NCBI GenBank assembly: GCA_964016885.1
Contig: OZ024743.1
Coordinates: 138,446,001 to 138,510,000, forward strand
Length of the DNA stretch: 64,000 nt
Source of the DNA: Eledone cirrhosa
Taxonomy: Eukaryota
Direction: 5' to 3'
The notes beneath the pieces are model-generated. The model made no database searches. It was not told the origin of the DNA and saw only the letters and a list, made by a program, of their open reading frames with translations. The position numbers and the translations under genes were made by a program. Position 1 is the stretch's first letter. Every line of letters begins with the position of its first letter. Shown one piece after another: positions 12,941 through 23,829 of this stretch.

Positions 12941-14129
12941 TGGTTGGTGTTTGTACTTGGTGCTTGGTGCTTGGTGTTTTGTGCTTGATTCTTGGTGTTT
13001 GGTGCTTGGTGTTTGCTGCTTAGTGCTTGGTGTTTGGTGTTTGGTGCTTGGTGTTTGGTGCTTGGTGCTTGGTGCTTGGTGTTAAGTGTTTGGTGCTTGG
13101 TGTTTGATGTTTGGTGCTTCATGCTTGGTGCTTGGTGTTTGGTGCTTGGTGCCTGGTGCATGGTGTTTGGTGCTTGATGCTTGGTGTTTGGTGTTTGATG
13201 CTTGGTGCTTGATGCTTGGTGCTTGGTGCTTGGTGTTTGCTGCTTGGTGCTTGGTGTTTGTACTTGGTGTTTGGTGCTTGGTGTTTGGTGCTTGGTGCTT
13301 GGTGTTTGGTGCTTGGTGCTTGGTGTTTGGTGTTTGGTGCTTGGTGTTTGGTGCTTGGTGCTTGGTGCTTGGTGTTAGGTGTTTGGTGCTTCATGCCTGG
13401 TGCTTGGTGTTTGGTGCTTGGTGCTTGGTGTTTGGTGTTTGGTGCTTCATGCTTGGTGCTTGGTGTTTGGTGCTTGGTGCTTGGTGTTTGGTGCTTGGTG
13501 CCTGGTGCATGGTGTTTGGTGCTTGATGCTTGGTGTTTGGTGTTTGGTGCTTGGTGTTTGGTGCTTGGTGCTTGGTGCTTGGTGTTAGGTGTTAGGTGTT
13601 TGATGCTTGGAGTTTGCTGTTTGGTGTTTGGTGTTTGCTGTTTGGTGTTTGGTCTTTGGTGCTTGGTCTTTGGTGCTTGGTGTTTGGTGCTTGGTGCTTG
13701 GTGTTTGGTGCTTGGTGCCTGGTGCTTGTTGTTTGGTGATTGGTGCTTGGTGTTTCCTGTTTGGTGTTTGGTGTTTGGTGTTTGCTGTTTTGTGTTTGGT
13801 GCTTGGTGCTTGGTGCTTGGTGTTTGGTGCTTGGTGCTTGGTGTTTGGTGCATGGTGCTTGATGCTTGGTGTTTGTACTTGGTGCTTGGTGCATGGTGTT
13901 TTGTGCTTGATTCTTGGTGTTTGGTGCTTGGTGTTTGGTGCTTAGTGCTTGGTGTTTGGTGTTTGGTGCTTGGTGTTTGGTGCTTGGTGCTTGGTGCTTG
14001 GTGTTTGGTGTTTGGTGCTTCATGCTTGGTGCTTGGTGTTTGGTGCTTGGTGCTTAGTGTTTGGTGCTTGGTGCCTGGTGCATGGTGTTTGGTGCTTGAT
14101 GCTTGGTGTTTGGTGTTTGGTGCTTGGTG

Positions 14130-17100
14130 TTTGGTGCTTGGTGCTTGGTGCTTGGTGTTAGGTGTTAGGTGTTTGGTGATTGGTGCTTGGTGTTTGGTGC
14201 TTGGTGCTTGATGTTTGGTGCTTGGTGCTTGGTGTTTGGTGCTTGGTGTTTGGTGCTTGGTACTTGGGGCTTGGTGTTTGGTGCTTGGTGCTTGGTGCTT
14301 GGTGTTTGGTGCTTGGTGCTTGGTGTTTGGTGTTTGGTGCTTGGCGTTTGGTGCTTGGTGCTTGGTGCTGGGTGGTTGGTGTTTGGTGCTTGGTGCTTGG
14401 TGTTTGGTGCTTGGTGCTTGGTGCTTGGTGTTTGGTGCTTGGCGCTTGGTGCTTGGTCTTTGGTGCTTGGTGTTTGGCGTTTGGTGCTTGGTGCTTGGTG
14501 TTTGGTGCTTGGTGATTAGTGTTTGGTGCTTGGTGCTTGGTGCTTGGTCTTTGGTCTTTGGTGTTTAGTGCTTGGTGCTTGGTGCTTGGTGTTTGGTGCT
14601 TGGTGCTTGGTGCATTGTGATTAGTGTTTGGTGCTTGGTGCTTGGGGTTTGGTGTTTGGTGCTTGGTGCTTGGTGTTTGGTGATTGGTACTTGGTGTTTG
14701 GTGCTTGGTGTTTGCTGTTTGCTGTTTGGTGTTTGGTGTTTGCTGTTTGGTGTTTGGTGCTTGGTGTCTGGTGCTAGGTGCTTGGTGTTTGGTGCTTGGT
14801 GTTTGGTGTTTGGTGCTTGGTACTTGGGGCTTGGTGTTTGGTGATTGGTGCTTGGTGCTTGGTGTTTGCTGTTTGGTGCTTGGGGCTTGGTGTTTGGTGC
14901 TGCGTGCTTGGTGCTTGGTGCTTGGTGCTTGGTGTTTGGTGTTTGATGATTGGCGTTTGGTGTTTGGTGTTTGGTGCTTGGTGCTTGGTGTTTGGTGTGT
15001 GATGCTTGCTGCTTGATGCTTGGTGCTTGGTGCTTGGTCTTTGGTGCTTGGTGTTTGGTGCTTGGTGCTTGGTGTTTGGTGCTTGGTGCCTGGTGCTTGT
15101 TGTTTGGTGATTGGTGCTTGGTGTTTCCTGTTTGGTGTTTGGTGTTTGGTGTTTGCTGTTTTGTGTTTGGTGCTTGGTGCTTGGTGCTTGGTGTTTGGTG
15201 CTTGGTGCTTGGTGTTTGGTGCATGGTGCTTGATGCTTGGTGTTTGTACTTGGTGCTTGGTGCATGGTGTTTTGTGCTTGATTCTTGGTGTTTGGTGCTT
15301 GGTGTTTGGTGCTTAGTGCTTGGTGTTTGGTGTTTGGTGCTTGGTGTTTGGTGCTTGGTGCTTGGTGCTTGGTGTTTGGTGTTTGGTGCTTCATGCTTGG
15401 TGCTTGGTGTTTGGTGCTTGGTGCTTAGTGTTTGGTGCTTGGTGCCTGGTGCATGGTGTTTGGTGCTTGATGCTTGGTGTTTGGTGTTTGGTGCTTGGTG
15501 TTTGGTGCTTGGTGCTTGGTGCTTGGTGTTAGGTGTTAGGTGTTTGGTGATTGGTGCTTGGTGTTTGGTGCTTGGTGCTTGATGTTTGGTGCTTGGTGCT
15601 TGGTGTTTGGTGCTTGGTGTTTGGTGCTTGGTACTTGGGGCTTGGTGTTTGGTGCTTGGTGCTTGGTGCTTGGTGTTTGGTGCTTGGTGCTTGGTGTTTG
15701 GTGTTTGGTGCTTGGCGTTTGGTGCTTGGTGCTTGGTGCTGGGTGCTTGGTGTTTGGTGCTTGGTGCTTGGTGCTTGGTGTTTGGTGCTTGGCGCTTGGT
15801 GCTTGGTCTTTGGTGCTTGGTGTTTGGCGTTTGGTGCTTGGTGCTTGGTGTTTGGTGCTTGGTGATTAGTGTTTGGTGCTTGGTGCTTGGTGCTTGGTCT
15901 TTGGTCTTTGGTGTTTAGTGCTTGGTGCTTGGTGCTTGGTGTTTGGTGCTTGGTGCATTGTGATTAGTGTTTGGTGCTTGGTGCTTGGGGTTTGGTGTTT
16001 GGTGCTTGGTGCTTGGTGTTTGGTGATTGGTACTTGGTGTTTGGTGCTTGGTGTTTGCTGTTTGCTGTTTGGTGTTTTTGGTGTTTGCTGTTTGCTGTTT
16101 GGTGTCTGCTTTTTGGTGTTTGGTGTTTGCTCTATGGTGTTTGCTGTTTCATGTTTGGTGTTTGCTGTTTGGTGTTTGGTGTTTGCTGTTTGGTGTTTGG
16201 TCTTTGGTGCTTGGTCTTTGATGCTTGGTGTTTGGTGCTTGGTGCTTGGTGTTTGGTGTTTGGTGCGTGGTGACTGGTGCTTGTTGTTTGGTGATTGGTG
16301 CTTGGTGTTTGGTGTTTGCTGTTTGGTGTTTGGTGTTTGCTGTTTGGTGTTTGGTGCTTGGTGCTTGGTGCTTGGTGTTTGGTGCTTGGTGCTTGTTGTT
16401 TGGTGCTTGGTGCTTGGTGTTTGGTGCTTGGTGCCTGGTGCTTGTTGTTTGGTGATTGGTGCTTGGTGTTTGCTGTCTGGTGTTTGGTGTTTGGTGCTTG
16501 GTGCTTGGTGCTTGGTGTTAGGTGTTAGGTGTTTGGTGATTGGTGCTTGGTGTTTGGTGCTTGGTGCTTGATGTTTGGTGCTTGGTGCTTGGTGTTTGGT
16601 GCTTGGTGTTTGGTGCTTGGTACTTGGGGCTTGGTGTTTGGTGCTTGGTGCTTGGTGCTTGGTGTTTGGTGCTTGGTGCTTGGTGTTTGGTGTTTGGTGC
16701 TTGGCGTTTGGTGCTTGGTGCTTGGTGCTGGGTGGTTGGTGTTTGGTGCTTGGTGCTTGGTGTTTGGTGATTGGTACTTGGTGTTTGGTGCTTGGTGTTT
16801 GCTGTTTGCTGTTTGGTGTTTGGTGTTTGCTGTTTGGTGTTTGGTGCTTGGTGTCTGGTGCTAGGTGCTTGGTGTTTGGTGCTTGGTGTTTGGTGTTTGG
16901 TGCTTGGTACTTGGGGCTTGGTGTTTGGTGATTGGTGCTTGGTGCTTGGTGTTTGCTGTTTGGTGCTTGGGGCTTGGTGTTTGGTGCTGCGTGCTTGGTG
17001 CTTGGTGCTTGGTGCTTGGTGTTTGGTGTTTGATGATTGGCGTTTGGTGTTTGGTGTTTGGTGCTTGGTGCTTGGTGTTTGGTGTTTGGTGCTTGGTGTT

Positions 17101-19850
17101 TGGTGCTTGGTGCTTGGTGCTTGGTGTTTGGTGTTTGGTGCTTCATGCTTGGTGCTTGGTGTTTGGTGCTTGGTGCTTAGTGTTTGGTGCATGGTGCCTG
17201 GTGCATGGTGTTTGGTGCTTGATGCTTGGTGTTTGGTGTTTGGTGCTTGGTGTTTGGTGCTTGGTGCTTGGTGCTTGGTGTTAGGTGTTAGGTGTTTGGT
17301 GATTGGTGTTTGCTGTTTGGTGTTTGGTGCTTGGTGCTTGGTGCTTGGTGTTTGGTGCTTGGTGCTTGTTGTTTGGTGCTTGGTGCTTGGTGTTTGGTGC
17401 TTGGTGCCTGGTGCTTGTTGTTTGGTGATTGGTGCTTGGTGTTTGCTGTCTGGTGTTTGGTGTTTGGTGCTTGGTGCTTGGTGCTTGGTGTTAGGTGTTA
17501 GGTGTTTGGTGATTGGTGCTTGGTGTTTGGTGCTTGGTGCTTGATGTTTGGTGCTTGGTGCTTGGTGTTTGGTGCTTGGTGTTTGGTGTTTGGTACTTGG
17601 GGCTTGGTGTTTGGTGCTTGGTGCTTGGTGCTTGGTGTTTGGTGCTTGGTGCTTGGTGTTTGGTGTTTGGTGCTTGGCGTTTGGTGCTTGGTGCTTGGTG
17701 CTGGGTGGTTGGTGTTTGGTGCTTGGTGCTTGGTGTTTGGTGCTTGGTGCTTGGTGCTTGGTGTTTGGTGCTTGGCGCTTGGTGCTTGGTCTTTGGTGCT
17801 TGGTGTTTGGCGTTTGGTGCTTGGTGCTTGGTGTTTGGTGCTTGGTGATTAGTGTTTGGTGCTTGGTGCTTGGTGCTTGGTCTTTGGTCTTTGGTGTTTA
17901 GTGCTTGGTGCTTGGTGCTTGGTGTTTGGTGCTTGGTGCTTGGTGCATTGTGATTAGTGTTTGGTGCTTGGTGCTTGGGGTTTGGTGTTTGGTGCTTGGT
18001 GCTTGGTGTTTGGTGATTGGTACTTGGTGTTTGGTGCTTGGTGTTTGCTGTTTGCTGTTTGGTGTTTGGTGTTTGCTGTTTGGTGTTTGGTGCTTGGTGT
18101 CTGGTGCTAGGTGCTTGGTGTTTGGTGCTTGGTGTTTGGTGTTTGGTGCTTGGTACTTGGGGCTTGGTGTTTGGTGATTGGTGCTTGGTGCTTGGTGTTT
18201 GCTGTTTGGTGCTTGGGGCTTGGTGTTTGGTGCTGCGTGCTTGGTGCTTGGTGCTTGGTGCTTGGTGTTTGGTGTTTGATGATTGGCGTTTGGTGTTTGG
18301 TGTTTGGTGCTTGGTGCTTGGTGTTTGGTGTGTGATGCTTGCTGCTTGATGCTTGGTGCTTGGTGCTTGGTCTTTGGTGCTTGGTGTTTGGTGCTTGGTG
18401 CTTGGTGTTTGGTGCTTGGTGCCTGGTGCTTGTTGTTTGGTGATTGGTGTTTGGTGTTTCCTGTTTGGTGTTTGGTGTTTGGTGTTTGCTGTTTTGTGTT
18501 TGGTGCTTGGTGCTTGGTGCTTGGTGTTTGGTGCTTGGTGCTTGGTGTTTGGTGCATGGTGCTTGATGCTTGGTGTTTGTACTTGGTGCTTGGTGCATGG
18601 TGTTTTGTGCTTGATTCTTGGTGTTTGGTGCTTGGTGTTTGGTGCTTAGTGCTTGGTGTTTGGTGTTTGGTGCTTGGTGTTTGGTGCTTGGTGCTTGGTG
18701 CTTGGTGTTTGGTGTTTGGTGCTTCATGCTTGGTGCTTGGTGTTTGGTGCTTGGTGCTTAGTGTTTGGTGCTTGGTGCCTGGTGCATGGTGTTTGGTGCT
18801 TGATGCTTGGTGTTTGGTGTTTGGTGCTTGGTGTTTGGTGCTTGGTGCTTGGTGCTTGGTGTTAGGTGTTAGGTGTTTGGTGATTGGTGCTTGGTGTTTG
18901 GTGCTTGGTGCTTGATGTTTGGTGCTTGGTGCTTGGTGTTTGGTGCTTGGTGTTTGGTGCTTGGTACTTGGGGCTTGGTGTTTGGTGCTTGGTGCTTGGT
19001 GCTTGGTGTTTGGTGCTTGGTGCTTGGTGTTTGGTGTTTGGTGCTTGGCGTTTGGTGCTTGGTGCTTGGTGCTGGGTGGTTGGTGTTTGGTGCTTGGTGC
19101 TTGGTGTTTGGTGCTTGGTGCTTGGTGCTTGGTGTTTGGTGCTGGGCGCTTGGTGCTTGGTCTTTGGTGCTTGGTGTTTGGCGTTTGGTGCTTGGTGCTT
19201 GGTGTTTGGTGCTTGGTGATTAGTGTTTGGTGCTTGGTGCTTGGTGCTTGGTCTTTGGTCTTTGGTGTTTAGTGCTTGGTGCTTGGTGCTTGGTGTTTGG
19301 TGCTTGGTGCTTGGTGCATTGTGATTAGTGTTTGGTGCTTGGTGCTTGGGGTTTGGTGTTTGGTGCTTGGTGCTTGGTGTTTGGTGATTGGTACTTGGTG
19401 TTTGGTGCTTGGTGTTTGCTGTTTGCTGTTTGGTGTTTTTGGTGTTTGCTGTTTGCTGTTTGGTGTCTGCTTTTTGGTGTTTGGTGTTTGCTCTATGGTG
19501 TTTGCTGTTTCATGTTTGGTGTTTGCTGTTTGGTGTTTGGTGTTTGCTGTTTGGTGTTTGGTCTTTGGTGCTTGGTCTTTGATGCTTGGTGTTTGGTGCT
19601 TGGTGCTTGGTGTTTGGTGTTTGGTGCGTGGTGACTGGTGCTTGTTGTTTGGTGATTGGTGCTTGGTGTTTGCTGTTTGGTGTTTGGTGTTTGGTGTTTG
19701 CTGTTTGGTGTTTGGTGCTTGGTGCTTGGTGCTTGGTGTTTGGTGCTTGGTGTTTGTTGTTTGGTGCTTGGTGCTTGGTGTTTGGTGCTTGGTGCCTGGT
19801 GCTTGTTGTTTGGTGATTGGTGCTTGGTGTTTGCTGTCTGGTGTTTGGTG
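14130..19850 (+). repeat. Duplication ~14130-16490 / ~17465-19850 (offset 3333, later 3361)
   Basis: Matching ORFs 14169/17502, 14565/17898, 14950/18283 and 15540/18873 (3333); 15971/19332 and 16295/19656 (3361). Confidence 0.9.
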
Positions 19851-22800
19851 TTTGGTGTTTGCTGTTTGGTGTTTGGTGCTGGGTGCTTGGTGTTTGTTGT
19901 TTGATGCTTGGTGTTTGATGCTTGGTGCTTGGTGTTTGGTGTTTTGTGTTTGCTGTTTGGTGTTTGGTGCTTGGTGCTTGGTGCTTGGTTTTTGGTGCTT
20001 GGTGCTTGGTGTTTGGTGCTTGGTGCTTGATGGTTGGTGTTTGTACTTGGTGCTTGGTGCTTGGTGTTTTGTGCTTGATTCTTGGTGTTTGGTGCTTGGT
20101 GTTTGCTGCTTAGTGCTTGGTGTTTGGTGTTTGGTGCTTGGTGTTTGGTGCTTGGTGCTTGGTGCTTGGTGTTAAGTGTTTGGTGCTTGGTGTTTGATGT
20201 TTGGTGCTTCATGCTTGGTGCTTGGTGTTTGGTGCTTGGTGCCTGGTGCATGGTGTTTGGTGCTTGATGCTTGGTGTTTGGTGTTTGGTGCTTGGTGTTT
20301 GGTGCTTGGTGCTTGGTGCTTGGTGTTAGGTGTTAGGTGTTTGATGCTTGGTGCTTGGTGTTTGGTGTTTGGTGTTTGGTGTTTGCTGTTTGGTGTTTGG
20401 TCTTTGGTGCTTGGTCTTTGGTGCATGGTGTTTGGTGCTTGGTGCTTGGTGTTTGGTGCTTGGTGCCTGGTGCTTGTTGTTTGGTGATTGGTGCTTGGTG
20501 TTTCCTGTTTGGTGTTTGGTGTTTGGTGTTTGCTGTTTTGTGTTTGGTGCTTGGTGCTTGGTGCTTGGTGTTTGGTGCTTGGTGCTTGGTGTTTGGTGCT
20601 TGGTGCTTGATGCTTGGTGTTTGTACTTGGTGCTTGGTGCATGGTGTTTTGTGCTTGATTCTTGGTGTTTGGTGTTTGGTGCTTGGTGTTTGGTGCTTGG
20701 TGCTTGGTGCTTGGTGTTTGGTGTTTGGTGCTTCATGCTTGGTGCTTGGTGTTTGGTGCTTGGTGCTTGGTGTTTGGTGCTTGGTGCCTGGTGCATGGTG
20801 TTTGGTGCTTGATGCTTGGTGTTTGGTGTTTGGTGCTTGGTTTTTGGTGCTTGGTGCTTGGTGCTTGGTGTTAGGTGTTAGGTGTTTGGTGATTGGTGCT
20901 TGGTGTTTGGTGCTTGGTGCTTGATGTTTGGTGCTTGGTGCTTGGTGTTTGGTGCTTGGTGTTTGGTGCTTGGTACTTGGGGCTTGGTGTTTGGTGCTTG
21001 GTGCTTGGTGCTTGGTGTTTGGTGCTTGGTGCTTGGTGTTTGGTGCTTGGTGCTTGGTGTTTGGTGCTTGGTGCTTGGTGTTTGGTGCTTGGTGTTTGGT
21101 TTTTGCTGTTTGGTGTTTGGTGTTTGCTGTTTGCTGTTTGGTGTCTGCTTTTTGGTGTTTGGTGTTTGCTGTATCGTGTTTGCTGTTTCGTGTTTATTGT
21201 TTGCTGTTTGGTGTTTGTTGTTTGGTGTTTGGTGTTTCCTGTTTGGTGTTTAGTCTTTGGTGTTTGGTGTTTGGTGCTTGGTGCTTGGTGTTTGGTGTTT
21301 GGTGCTTGGGGCTTGGTGTTTGGTGCTGCGTGCTTGGTGCTTGGTGCTTGGTGCTTGGTGCTTGGTGTTTGGTGTTTGATGATTGGTGTTTGGTGTTTGG
21401 TGTTTGGTGCTTGGTGCTTGGTGTTTGGTGTTTGCTGTTTGCTGTTTGGTGTCTGCTTTTTGGTGTTTGGTGTTTGCTCTATGGTGTTTGCTGTTTCATG
21501 TTTGGTGTTTGCTGTTTGGTGTTTGGTGTTTGCTGTTTGGTGTTTGGTCTTTGGTGCTTGGTCTTTGATGCTTGGTGTTTGGTGCTTGGTGCTTGGTGTT
21601 TGGTGTTTGGTGCGTGGTGACTGGTGCTTGTTGTTTGGTGATTGGTGCTTGGTGTTTGCTGTTTGGTGTTTGGTGTTTGGTGTTTGCTGTTTGGTGTTTG
21701 GTGCTTGGTGCTTGGTGCTTGGTGTTTGGTGCTTGGTGCTTGTTGTTTGGTGCTTGGTGCTTGGTGTTTGGTGCTTGGTGCCTGGTGCTTGTTGTTTGGT
21801 GATTGGTGCTTGGTGTTTGCTGTCTGGTGTTTGGTGTTTGGTGTTTGCTGTTTGGTGTTTGGTGCTGGGTGCTTGGTGTTTGTTGTTTGATGCTTGGTGT
21901 TTGATGCTTGGTGCTTGGTGTTTGGTGTTTGGTGTTTGCTGTTTGGTGTTTGGTGCTTGGTGCTTGGTGCTTGGTGTTTGGTGCTTGGTGCTTGGTGTTT
22001 GGTGCTTGGTGCTTGATGGTTGGTGTTTGTACTTGGTGCTTGGTGCTTGGTGTTTTGTGCTTGATTCTTGGTGTTTGGTGCTTGGTGTTTGCTGCTTAGT
22101 GCTTGGTGTTTGGTGTTTGGTGCTTTGTGTTTGGTGCTTGGTGCTTGGTGCTTGGTGTTAAGTGTTTGGTGCTTGGTGTTTGATGTTTGGTGCTTCATGC
22201 TTGGTGCTTGGTGTTTGGTGCTTGGTGCCTGGTGCATGGTGTTTGGTGCTTGATGCTTGGTGTTTGGTGTTTGGTGCTTGGTGTTTGGTGCTTGGTGCTT
22301 GGTGCTTGGTGTTAGGTGTTAGGTGTTTGATGCTTGGTGCTTGGTGTTTGGTGTTTGGTGTTTGGTGTTTGCTGTTTGGTGTTTGGTCTTTGGTGCTTGG
22401 TCTTTGGTGCATGGTGTTTGGTGCTTGGTGCTTGGTGTTTGGTGCTTGGTGCCTGGTGCTTGTTGTTTGGTGATTGGTGCTTGGTGTTTCCTGTTTGGTG
22501 TTTGGTGTTTGGTGTTTGCTGTTTTGTGTTTGGTGCTTGGTGCTTGGTGCTTGGTGTTTGGTGCTTGGTGCTTGGTGTTTGGTGCTTGGTGCTTGATGCT
22601 TGGTGTTTGTACTTGGTGCTTGGTGCATGGTGTTTTGTGCTTGATTCTTGGTGTTTGGTGTTTGGTGCTTGGTGTTTGGTGCTTGGTGCTTGGTGCTTGG
22701 TGTTTGGTGTTTGGTGCTTCATGCTTGGTGCTTGGTGTTTGGTGCTTGGTGCTTGGTGTTTGGTGCTTGGTGCCTGGTGCATGGTGTTTGGTGCTTGATG

Positions 22801-23410
22801 CTTGGTGTTTGGTGTTTGGTGCTTGGTTTTTGGTGCTTGGTGATTGGTGCTTGGTGTTAGGTGTTAGGTGTTTGGTGATTGGTGCTGGGTGTTTGGTGCT
22901 TGGTGCTTGATGTTTGGTGCTTGGTGCTTTGTGTTTGGTGCTTGGTGTTTGGTGCTTGGTACTTGGGGCTTGGTGTTTGGTGCTTGGTGCTTGGTGCTTG
23001 GTGTTTGGTGCTTGGTGCTTGGTGTTTGGTGCTTGGTGCTTGGTGTTTGGTGCTTGGTGCTTGGTGTTTGGTGCTTGGTGTTTGGTTTTTGCTGTTTGGT
23101 GTTTGGTGTTTGCTGTTTGCTGTTTGGTGTCTGCTTTTTGGTGTTTGGTGTTTGCTGTATCGTGTTTGCTGTTTCGTGTTTATTGTTTGCTGTTTGGTGT
23201 TTGTTGTTTGGTGTTTGGTGTTTCCTGTTTGGTGTTTAGTCTTTGGTGTTTGGTGTTTGGTGCTTGGTGCTTGGTGTTTGGTGTTTGGTGCTTGGGGCTT
23301 GGTGTTTGGTGCTGCGTGCTTGGTGCTTGGTGCTTGGTGCTTGGTGCTTGGTGTTTGGTGTTTGATGATTGGTGTTTGGTGTTTGGTGTTTGGTGCTTGG
23401 TGCTTGATAT
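19440..23410 (+). repeat. Tandem duplication, period 1986 bp (284 units, two of them 6-bp TTGTAC)
   Basis: Matching ORFs 19493/21479, 20172/22158, 20326/22312 and 20882/22868 all differ by 1986. Confidence 0.92.
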
Positions 23411-23829
23411 TTGGTGTTTGATGCTTGCTGCTTGATGCTTGGTGCTTGGTGCTTGGTGTTTGGTGCTTGGTGCTTGGTGTTTGGAGCTTGGTACTTGGCG
23501 TTTGGTGTTTGGTGTTTGGTGCTTGGCGTTTGGTGCTTGGTGTTTGCTGTTTGCTGTTTGCTGTTTGGTGTTTGCTGTTTGCTGTTTGGTGTCTGCTTTT
23601 TGGTGTTTGTTGTTTGCTCTATGGTGTTTGCTGTTTCATGTTTGGTGTTTGCTGTTTGGTGTTTGGTGTTTGCTGTTTGGTGTTGGGTGCTTGGTGTTTG
23701 GTGCTTGGTGCTTGTTGTTTGGTGATTGGTGCTTGGTGCTTGGTGTTTGCTGTTTGGTGCTTGGGGCTTGGTGTTTGGTGCTGCGTGCTTGGTGCTTGGT
23801 GCTTGGTGCTTGGTGTTTGGTGTTTGATG

